This document shows, piece after piece, positions 1 through 9,700 of a stretch of DNA of 64,000 nucleotides. How positions within the stretch are numbered: the stretch's first letter is position 1; each line of letters opens with the position of its first letter. This DNA comes from Yuukianura sp. NJ FZ-2021 (Eukaryota). The notes under the pieces were generated by a model that was given only the letters and a program-made list of their open reading frames with translations, made no database searches and was not told where the DNA came from. The stretch is from NCBI GenBank assembly GCA_046563655.1, contig CM102286.1:8494001-8558000 (forward strand), in the 5' to 3' direction. The position numbers were made by a program, and so were the translations under genes.

Positions 1-2587
1 AAGAATGGATTTTTCGGAGAAAAATTTAGCTTGGAACACTTCAGATGGGCTTTCAGAAGCATAATTTCGGTTTGCAATTTTGACTCCTCAGATAGCCCAG
101 AATGACTTTTTGGTGAGTTATAAATGAAAAAGAATGGATTTTTCGGAGAAAAATTTAGCTTGGAACACTTCAGATGGGCTTTCAGAAGCATAATTTCGGT
201 TTGCAATTTTGACTCCTCAGATAGCCCAGAATGACTTTTTGGTGAGTTATAAATGAAAAAGAATGGATTTTTCGGAGAAAAATTTAGCTTGGAACACTTC
301 AGATGGGCTTTCAGAAGCATAATTTCGGTTTGCAATTTTGACTCCTCAGATAGCCCAGAATGACTTTTTGGTGAGTTTTAAATGAAAAAAATGGATTTTT
401 CGGAGAAAAATTGAGCTTGGAACACTTCAGATGGGCTTTCACAAGCATAATTTCGGTTTGCAATTTTGACTCCTCAGATAGCCCAGAATGACTTTTTGGT
501 GAGTTTTAAATGAAAAAAATGGATTTTTCGGAGAAAAATTGAGCTTGGAACACTTCAGATGGGCTTTCACAAGCATAATTTCGGTTTGCAATTTTGACTC
601 CTCAGATAGCCCAGAATGACTTTTTGGTGAGTTATAAATGAAAAAGAATGGATTTTTCGGAGAAAAATTTAGCTTGGAACAGTTCAGATTGGCTTTCACA
701 AGCATTATTTCGGTTTGCAATTTTGACTCCTCAGATAGCCCAGAATGACTTTTTGGTGAGTTATAAATGAAAAAGAATGGATTTTTCGGAGAAAAATTTA
801 GCTTGGAACACTTCAAATGGGCTTTCAGAAGCATAATTTCGGTTTGCAATTTTGACTCCTCAGATAGCCCAGAATGACTTTTTGGTGAGTTATAAATGAA
901 AAAGAATGGATTTTTCGGAGAAAAAGTGAGTTTGGAACACTTCAGATGGGCTTTCAGAAGCATAATTTCGGTTTGCAATTTTGACTCCTCAGATAGCCCA
1001 GAATGACCTTTTGAAGAGTATTTAATGAAAAAAATGGATTTTTTGGTGAAAAATTGAGTCTGGAACACTTCAGATGGGCTTTCACAAGCATAATTTCGGT
1101 TTGCAATTTTGACTCCTCAGATAGCCCAGAATGACTTTTTGGTGAGTTATAAATGAAAAAGAATGGATTTTTCGGAGAAAAATTTAGCTTGGAACACTTC
1201 AGATGGGCTTTCAGAAGCATAATTTCGGTTTGCAATTTTGACTCCTCAGATAGCCCAGAATGACCTTTTGGTGAGTTTTAAATGAAAAAAAATGGATTTT
1301 TCGGAGAAAAAGTGAGTTTGGAACACTTCAGATGGGCTTTCACAAGCATAATTTCGGTTTGCAATTTTGACTCCTCAGATAGCCCAGAATGACTTTTTGG
1401 TGAGTTATAAATGAAAAAGAATGGATTTTTCGGAGAAAAATTTAGCTTGGAACACTTCAGATGGGCTTTCAGAAGCATAATTTCGGTTTGCAATTTTGAC
1501 TCCTCAGATAGCCCAGAATGACTTTTTGGTGAGTTATAAATGAAAAAGAATGGATTTTTCGGAGAAAAAGTGAGTTTGGAACACTTCAGATGGGCTTTCA
1601 GAAGCATAATTTCGGTTTGCAATTTTGACTCCTCAGATAGCCCAGAATGACCTTTTGAAGAGTATTTAATGAAAAAAATGGTTTTTTTGGTGAAAAATTG
1701 AGTCTGGAACACTTCAGATGGGCTTTCACAAGCATAATTTCGGTTTGCAATTTTGACTCCTCAGATAGCCCAGAATGACTTTTTGGTGAGTTATAAATGA
1801 AAAAGAATGGATTTTTCGGAGAAAAATTTAGCTTGGAACACTTCAGATTGGGCTTTCACAAGCATAATTTCGGTTTGCAATTTTGACTCCTCAGATAGCC
1901 CAGAATGACTTTTTGGTGAGTTATAAATGAAAAAGAATGGATTTTTCGGAGAAAAATTTAGCTTGGAACACTTCAGATGGGCTTTCAGAAGCATAATTTC
2001 GGTTTGCAATTTTGACTCCTCAGATAGCCCAGAATGACTTTTTGGTGAGTTTTAAATGAAAAAAATGGATTTTTCGGAGAAAAATTGAGCTTGGAACACT
2101 TCAGATGGGCTTTCACAAGCATAATTTCGGTTTGCAATTTTGACTCCTCAGATAGCCCAGAATGACTTTTTGGTGAGTTTTAAATGAAAAAAATGGATTT
2201 TTCGGAGAAAAATTGAGCTTGGAACACTTCAGATGGGCTTTCACAAGCATAATTTCGGTTTGCAATTTTGACTCCTCAGATAGCCCAGAATGACTTTTTG
2301 GTGAGTTTTAAATGAAAAAAATGGATTTTTCGGAGAAAAATTGAGCTTGGAACACTTCAGATGGGCTTTCACAAGCATAATTTCGGTTTGCAATTTTGAC
2401 TCCTCAGATAGCCCAGAATGACTTTTTGGTGAGTTATAAATGAAAAAGAATGGATTTTTCGGAGAAAAATTTAGCTTGGAACACTTCAGATGGGCTTTCA
2501 GAAGCATAATTTCGGTTTGCAATTTTGACTCCTCAGATAGCCCAGAATGACTTTTTGGTGAGTTATAAATGAAAAAGAATGGATTTT
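1..2587. repeat. 129-bp tandem satellite, block 1
   Basis: Monomer aagaatggatttttcggagaaaaatttagcttggaacacttcagatgggctttcagaagcataatttcggtttgcaattttgactcctcagatagcccagaatgactttttggtgagttataaatgaaa recurs at 1, 130, 259 and onward; 128-130 bp variants come from A-tract length. Confidence 0.98.
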
Positions 2588-2851
2588 CAATCAATCAATC
2601 AATCAATTTAGTTTATTTTCCCATTGAGAATAGGTTTTTCAAAATAAACGCCAGTGTTTATGAAAATATACTAACCTATGTGGAAATAAAGTATTAGGTA
2701 ATTGGTATTGTATTAGATTATATATTAGAGTTGGTATTATAAAAGTAAAATTTTTAGTATTATAAAAGTAAAATTGTTCTAAAATATTGTTCAAAGTGTG
2801 TTTATGTAAAAGATTTTTTTTAGCTTACAAATAATTTCTATTGTTGTTCGA

Positions 2852-5722
2852 TTAAATAAATTTCTTATTCTTTATAGGTTTGGATTGATTGTTTTGTACT
2901 TCGCATACTTGATTTGCTATAAAGTGTTTGTGGAGGGCGTTGCTAAATGACAGTCTGTTGTTGATTTGCACCAATTCCTTCTCTAAATTGTTCCATAGAC
3001 GGTGTGCAGATGCTTTAAACGAGTTCGGGTGAAGTGTGTTGTAATTCGAGTAAGCCTTATTTCTTGTGACTCGGGTAGTCTTCAATTCTGATTCGTCGAG
3101 GTAATTGATGAAATACGGCGGGCTTCTCAGTTTCTTGATGTCGTAAGTCAGCATGATTACATTGAATTTGTATGCTTGTGATGGGAATAACCAGTTGAGT
3201 TCATTGGTAATTCGTAATTTGACTTTGTTGAATTTTGACTCCATCAGCACAAATCTTCCTGCGCACCGTAAGACCTTCTCTGTCATCTTCAAAAATTGTT
3301 TTCTCGTACTTGCCCAGACTTCTGATAAGTACCTTAACTTTGACAAGACATATGATTGCATGAGAATATTTCTGTTCTTTGAGTTTAGCAGCCGTTGAAG
3401 TGGATATAATGACGCAATTATACTGAAGCATTTCTTTGTGGTTTTAGTGATGTGTTCATCCCACTGAAGCTTTCCGTCAATTGTCAAACCAAGGCTGACG
3501 ATAGAACGAGATGTCTTGATTTTCAGTTTTTGGAACGAAAATTCAATATCTTCAGCAGTTTTCATGATCGTTGGTTTTGCGATTATAAGGATTTCCGTTT
3601 TATCTGGGTGTAGCGTAAACATGTTCCTTGACATCCAATCGCTGATGAAATCCATACAACGTTCCACTTTTAGTCTGAATTCAGGAATGTTGTTCGGCTC
3701 TCCTTTTACCACCAGAGAATTGTCATCGGCAAACAGTGCTAGGAATTCATCAAATTTTTCGTGAAATTCTACAAGGAGGTCGTTGATCATCAAAGTAAAC
3801 AATGTTGGTGAGAGGATTCCTCCTTGTGGTGTGCCTAAGGTAGTTAATGCAATTTTTGACACTCCATTTCTAGTACTTGCAAATTGCCGCCGATTGCTGA
3901 GATAAGATTTAAACCACGGATGATCTATTCCGTACCATTTGAGTTTCTCCAGTAGAATTTCTCTGTCCACAGTATCAAATGCTTTTTTAAGATCGAGAAC
4001 TATAAGAGCGCTAATTTTGTTTTTGTGAAAGGAATCGTATAGGACATCAGTAAGGGCGATTTGAGCGTGCACTGTTGAATGACCCTCACGAAAACCGAAT
4101 TGATGTGGATGTAATATGTTGAACTTTTTTAAGTGAAGGCTTAATTGTCGGAACACACACCTCTCCATGATTTTTGACATGACAGGCAGAACAGATATGG
4201 GTCTATAGTCATTTGGCGACACAGGGTTTTTCACTTTCGCAACTGGTATAACTTTCGCAATTTTTAGACCCTCTGGAACTATTGATTCCATAAAGCTGGT
4301 ATTGATAATGTCGGTGATAGATTCTAAAAAGTTTGGAGCTCCTATACACAAGTCTATCATTTTAGCACAGATTCCTGTATAGTCTTCTGTCTTGGATTGA
4401 CGTTTCTTCATAACGTTCCAGCATTGACTAACTTCAAAAGTATTCACTTTCAAATTTAATGATTCAGGAACAGGGATATCCTTTGGTTTAGTAGGGAGTA
4501 AAGTAGCCTTCGATTTCGTGCTGATTTGCGTCAGATAATTGTTGATGGTGTCAGGATCCAATGCAAAATTATTTTCGTACGGTGAGTTCTTCCTGATGTT
4601 GCAGAATCTGTTGATTGCATCATGCACCCCCATCTTTTTGATCATCTCATTGAGCAATTCCCTAGTGTCCTTGTTGATTGCCCTTCTGATTTCCTTCTTT
4701 AGTCCTTTAAGTTCATGATCGGTTTCTGCCGACACTTGACGGTGTTTCTTGAGTTGTTTCTGTCTCACGAGAAGTTTTTTAGTGTCAGCTGATAAATGTC
4801 TTTTTAGTTTACGCTCTTTTAATACTTTAACGACGGTTGGGGCAAAAAAGTTGAAAATGTTGGTAACTGCAGTAGTGAAGTAATTCGTTTTCAATTCTGT
4901 GCTGGGTAAGGTCTGTGTATCAATTGACAGTATTGAATGGGCGAGGTTTTCATAGTCGATGTTTTTAAAATCTCGAAATGTAATACTTTTTCTCACTGGT
5001 TTTAACTTTGGAATTTGGATTTCAGATACTGTTGCTGCATGATCCGAGATATCTGTTTGGAGAACCACTGTCTTCGAAACGTTTGAGGGTCGATTTGTGA
5101 GAACGAGATCAAGGATTCTTTCTCCTCTAGTTGGCATGTCTACTAGTTGAACCGTGGAATGGGATTTCAAAACTCTATTAAGATGTTTCATTTCGGGTCC
5201 TTGATGTAAGTTAAAATCTCCGACATAGTAGCCAAACAGATTTTGTTGATTTATTTTGCACAAAATTTCTCTGAACACTTTACAGTCATTTTCAATAATC
5301 GATTTTATTTTTACAGGGGGGCGATAAAAACATCCAATCCAGAAACTTTTCCTGTGATTCCACTGAACTTTCACGCAAAGAAATTCCAATTGATGAGAGG
5401 CACTCGGTTTCGATTTGATAATGTTAGGCGATACTTGTATGTGTTCTCTGAGTAGAATGCAAATGCCACCGCCCGATCTTGAATCTCTGTCGTTTCTGAA
5501 CATTTTGAATCCTGGAATGACGACTTCTTTTCTGTCAGATTTTAACCAACTTTCACTAATACACAATATGTCCAAGTCATTTTCAATGATCAGTTGTCGT
5601 ATTTCTGTGAAGTGTTTGCAATATGACCTAGCGTTTTGATGTCCAATTTTAAGTAGTGATGTAGAATGTGTTGACGTCGAGAGCTTGAAAGTGTGATTTG
5701 TTTGACACTTTTGTTGTAATTG
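2852..5722 (-). CDS. LINE ORF2, AP endonuclease + reverse transcriptase, copy 1 (frame opens right after the TGA at 5723-5725; no AUG)
   Basis: APE motifs LKIGHQNARS, ISESW, FYRPP, GDFN, ILDL, SDH; RT motifs YRPIS, QFGFR, LDLKKAFDTV, PQGGILSP, FADD; no RNase H or CCHC finger visible. The frame is open 49 codons upstream of the track's TTG start at 5575. Confidence 0.93.
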   Translation of the reverse strand, partial: QLQQKCQTNHTFKLSTSTHSTSLLKIGHQNARSYCKHFTEIRQLIIENDLDILCISESWLKSDRKEVVIPGFKMFRNDRDSRSGGGICILLREHIQVSPNIIKSKPSASHQLEFLCVKVQWNHRKSFWIGCFYRPPVKIKSIIENDCKVFREILCKINQQNLFGYYVGDFNLHQGPEMKHLNRVLKSHSTVQLVDMPTRGERILDLVLTNRPSNVSKTVVLQTDISDHAATVSEIQIPKLKPVRKSITFRDFKNIDYENLAHSILSIDTQTLPSTELKTNYFTTAVTNIFNFFAPTVVKVLKERKLKRHLSADTKKLLVRQKQLKKHRQVSAETDHELKGLKKEIRRAINKDTRELLNEMIKKMGVHDAINRFCNIRKNSPYENNFALDPDTINNYLTQISTKSKATLLPTKPKDIPVPESLNLKVNTFEVSQCWNVMKKRQSKTEDYTGICAKMIDLCIGAPNFLESITDIINTSFMESIVPEGLKIAKVIPVAKVKNPVSPNDYRPISVLPVMSKIMERCVFRQLSLHLKKFNILHPHQFGFREGHSTVHAQIALTDVLYDSFHKNKISALIVLDLKKAFDTVDREILLEKLKWYGIDHPWFKSYLSNRRQFASTRNGVSKIALTTLGTPQGGILSPTLFTLMINDLLVEFHEKFDEFLALFADDNSLVVKGEPNNIPEFRLKVERCMDFISDWMSRNMFTLHPDKTEILIIAKPTIMKTAEDIEFSFQKLKIKTSRSIVSLGLTIDGKLQWDEHITKTTKKCFSIIASLYPLQRLLNSKNRNILMQSYVLSKLRYLSEVWASTRKQFLKMTEKVLRCAGRFVLMESKFNKVKLRITNELNWLFPSQAYKFNVIMLTYDIKKLRSPPYFINYLDESELKTTRVTRNKAYSNYNTLHPNSFKASAHRLWNNLEKELVQINNRLSFSNALHKHFIANQVCEVQNNQSKPIKNKKFI

Positions 5723-6510
5723 TCAATCGCGAGGGTGATTGTACTTCTACGAAATCCGACTCCTGCGTCCATGCGTTCTGGGGAAAATTGTCTGTTTTCC
5801 GGAAGTTGCCGTTCAATACTATCAGGAATTCGACGGTCGTGGTTTGACTGATTCTGAAGTATTTCTTTGTATTTTCTGGCTTTGCGTTGTCTCGTTACCA
5901 AGGGAAGATCTTCGTTCAAGTTGAGATCAGGATGAGTGAACTTGAAATGGGCTCTATTTTTCCAGACTATGTTTCTGACTTCCAGATTCTTGAAAGTAAT
6001 TTTGACCGGTTTATCTGGATAATTTCTTGTAGGTTTTCCCAGACGATAGGCTGTTTCAATAGTTGGTATTTTCAACGAAGGAACAGCTGCTACAAGAAGA
6101 TTCTGGATTGAGTGGGCAATTGATTCGTTGGTTTCATCAGGTTCCGTTGTAAGCCCGTGGAGAATGAGGTTAGTTTTGTGTAAATCAATCTGTATCCTTT
6201 CTAGTTCTTCGTCGTGTCGATACAGAGAGTTTCTTATTTCCAAATTATCGGTTTCGATGGTATGAATCTTCTTCTGCAGTCCAGTGACTTTCGAAGAGAG
6301 CGAATTGATTTGACTAGTGAGAGTGTCCTTCAGATCATCGACTTTTCCATTGAGATTATCTAGATTGGCATTTACTTTAGCGATCGCTGAAAGGATCGCT
6401 GTCGCTTCAGTGGCGGACGTCATTTTTACTGCTTTTGTAGATGAAGGAGCTTCGAACGCTGCTTTTCTTTTTCTGGTTCCAGTAGAAGGTTGGTTTTGGT
6501 CTGAGTTCAT
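5723..6510 (-). pseudogene. LINE ORF1, copy 1, with a 1-bp deletion just before its stop
   Basis: Matches copy 2 ORF1 except G3 instead of G4 at 5733-5735, which shifts the frame so it ends at 5590. Could be a homopolymer sequencing error. Confidence 0.7.
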
Positions 6511-6726
6511 CAATGTATCTCCGATTCGCAATCTAAAAGCATTTGAAAGGAAGTCAGCAGTTTTCTGTTCGTAAGCGCTACGCCGTAAAGGGATTAACAA
6601 GTTGACTTAACTTTTCAATGATATTTACGTGATCGTAGAGGAAGGGAGCAAAGACATGCAATAGCTATGCTACAATTCCTCTGTTGAAGGATAAGATGAG
6701 TATCCAAGCGAGACCAGATGAGTGCG

Positions 6727-6761
6727 ACGTCCTTCCTCCTCGAGCAACTGAACTGAACTGA
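6727..6761 (-). promoter_or_regulatory. Putative internal Pol II core promoter (Inr TCAGTT, A+1 at 6759; DPE GGACGT at +28..+33)
   Basis: Matches the Drosophila Inr (TCAKTY) and DPE (RGWYV at +28..+32) consensus and spacing, as in jockey-type LINE promoters. Confidence 0.6.
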
Positions 6762-6781
6762 ACTGAACTGAACTGAACTGA

Positions 6782-9700
6782 ATTTTTCGGAGAAAAAGTG
6801 AGTTTGGAACACTTCAGATGGGCTTTCAGAAGCATAATTTCGGTTTGCAATTTTGACTCCTCAGATAGCCCAGAATGACCTTTTGAAGAGTATTTAATGA
6901 AAAAAATGATTTTTTGGTGAAAAATTGAGTCTGGAACACTTCAGATGGGCTTTCACAAGCATAATTTCGGTTTGCAATTTTGACTCCTCAGATAGCCCAG
7001 AATGACTTTTTGGTGAGTTATAAATGAAAAAGAATGGATTTTTCGGAGAAAAATTTAGCTTGGAACACTTCAGATTGGCTTTCACAAGCATAATTTCGGT
7101 TTGCAATTTTGACTCCTCAGATAGCCCAGAATGACTTTTTGGTGAGTTATAAATGAAAAAGAATGGATTTTTCGGAGAAAAATTTAGCTTGGAACACTTC
7201 AGATGGGCTTTCAGAAGCATAATTTCGGTTTGCAATTTTGACTCCTCAGATAGCCCAGAATGACTTTTTGGTGAGTTATAAATGAAAAAGAATGGATTTT
7301 TCGGAGAAAAAGTGAGTTTGGAACACTTCAGATGGGCTTTCAGAAGCATAATTTCGGTTTGCAATTTTGACTCCTCAGATAGCCCAGAATGACCTTTTGA
7401 AGAGTATTTAATGAAAAAAATGGATTTTTTGGTGAAAAATTGAGTCTGGAACACTTCAGATGGGCTTTCACAAGCATAATTTCGGTTTGCAATTTTGACT
7501 CCTCAGATAGCCCAGAATGACTTTTTGGTGAGTTATAAATGAAAAAGAATGGATTTTTCGGAGAAAAATTTAGCTTGGAACACTTCAGATTGGCTTTCAC
7601 AAGCATTATTTCGGTTTGCAATTTTGACTCCTCAGATAGCCCAGAATGACTTTTTGGTGAGTTATAAATGAAAAAGAATGGATTTTTCGGAGAAAAATTT
7701 AGCTTGGAACACTTCAGATGGGCTTTCAGAAGCATAATTTCGGTTTGCAATTTTGACTCCTCAGATAGCCCAGAATGACTTTTTGGTGAGTTATAAATGA
7801 AAAAGAATGGATTTTTCGGAGAAAAAGTGAGTTTGGAACACTTCAGATGGGCTTTCAGAAGCATAATTTCGGTTTGCAATTTTGACTCCTCAGATAGCCC
7901 AGAATGACCTTTTGAAGAGTATTTAATGAAAAAAATGATTTTTTGGTGAAAAATTGAGTCTGGAACACTTCAGATGGGCTTTCACAAGCATAATTTCGGT
8001 TTGCAATTTTGACTCCTCAGATAGCCCAGAATGACTTTTTGGTGAGTTTTAAATGAAAAAAATGGATTTTTCGGAGAAAAATTGAGCTTGGAACACTTCA
8101 GATGGGCTTTCACAAGCATAATTTCGGTTTGCAATTTTGACTCCTCAGATAGCCCAGAATGACTTTTTGGTGAGTTTTAAATGAAAAAAATGGATTTTTC
8201 GGAGAAAAAGTGAGTTTGGAACACTTCAGATGGGCTTTCAGAAGCATAATTTCGGTTTGCAATTTTGACTCCTCAGATAGCCCAGAATGACCTTTTGAAG
8301 AGTATTTAATGAAAAAAAAATGATTTTTTGGTGAAAAATTGAGTCTGGAACACTTCAGATGGGCTTTCACAAGCATAATTTCGGTTTGCAATTTTGACTC
8401 CTCAGATAGCCCAGAATGACTTTTTGGTGAGTTTTAAATGAAAAAAATGGATTTTTCGGAGAAAAATTGAGCTTGGAACACTTCAGATGGGCTTTCACAA
8501 GCATAATTTCGGTTTGCAATTTTGACTCCTCAGATAGCCCAGAATGACTTTTTGGTGAGTTTTAAATGAAAAAAATGGATTTTTCGGAGAAAAATTGAGC
8601 TTGGAACACTTCAGATGGGCTTTCACAAGCATAATTTCGGTTTGCAATTTTGACTCCTCAGATAGCCCAGAATGACTTTTTGGTGAGTTATAAATGAAAA
8701 GGAATGGATTTTTCGGAGAAAAATTTAGCTTGGAACACTTCAGATTGGCTTTCACAAGCATAATTTCGGTTTGCAATTTTGACTCCTCAGATAGCCCAGA
8801 ATGACTTTTTGGTGAGTTATAAATGAAAAAGAATGGATTTTTCGGAGAAAAATTTAGCTTGGAACACTTCAGATGGGCTTTCAGAAGCATAATTTCGGTT
8901 TGCAATTTTGACTCCTCAGATAGCCCAGAATGACCTTTTGGTGAGTTTTAAATTAAAAAAATGGATTTTTCGGAGAAAAAGTGAGTTTGGAACACTTCAG
9001 ATGGGCTTTCACAAGCATAATTTCGGTTTGCAATTTTGACTCCTCAGATAGCCCAGAATGACTTTTTGGTGAGTTATAAATGAAAAAGAATGGATTTTTC
9101 GGAGAAAAATTTAGCTTGGAACACTTCAGATGGGCTTTCAGAAGCATAATTTCGGTTTGCAATTTTGACTCCTCAGATAGCCCAGAATGACTTTTTGGTG
9201 AGTTATAAATGAAAAAGAATGGATTTTTCGGAGAAAAAGTGAGTTTGGAACACTTCAGATGGGCTTTCAGAAGCATAATTTCGGTTTGCAATTTTGACTC
9301 CTCAGATAGCCCAGAATGACCTTTTGAAGAGTATTTAATGAAAAAAATGATTTTTTGGTGAAAAATTGAGTCTGGAACACTTCAGATGGGCTTTCACAAG
9401 CATAATTTCGGTTTGCAATTTTGACTCCTCAGATAGCCCAGAATGACTTTTTGGTGAGTTATAAATGAAAAAGAATGGATTTTTCGGAGAAAAATTTAGC
9501 TTGGAACACTTCAGATTGGCTTTCACAAGCATAATTTCGGTTTGCAATTTTGACTCCTCAGATAGCCCAGAATGACTTTTTGGTGAGTTATAAATGAAAA
9601 AGAATGGATTTTTCGGAGAAAAATTTAGCTTGGAACACTTCAGATGGGCTTTCAGAAGCATAATTTCGGTTTGCAATTTTGACTCCTCAGATAGCCCAGA

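Larger units (their letters stand above)
2588..6781 (-). mobile_element. Full-length non-LTR retrotransposon (CR1/L2 group, Crack/Daphne/Kiri-like), copy 1
   Basis: ORF1 plus APE-RT ORF2; 3' end AATAAA followed by an (ATTG)5 tail (2588-2617); 5' end (CAGTT)7; short TSD atttt at 2583-2587 and 6782-6786; the satellite resumes in register. Clade is inferred from ORF architecture and the microsatellite tail. Confidence 0.93.

Noticed and set aside
10..75. CENP-B box in the satellite (TTCGG motifs)
   Set aside because: The downstream A...CGGG part of the box is missing.
5575..5575. ORF2 start 'MDILC' given by the ORF track (also 25085 and 31479)
   Set aside because: The codon is TTG and lies downstream of the first APE motif; the frame is open 49 codons further up to the ORF1 stop.
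3153..6574. Short plus-strand ORFs inside the LINE copies
   Set aside because: Antisense shadows of ORF1/ORF2 with no recognisable motifs.
5590..6600. 336-aa extended ORF1 as a distinct protein
   Set aside because: Produced by a 1-bp deletion in copy 1 plus an upstream TTG start; copies 2 and 3 agree on the shorter form.
6746..6782. (AACTG)7 as a telomeric repeat
   Set aside because: It is not the arthropod TTAGG repeat; it matches the element's own first bases and lies inside the TSD.
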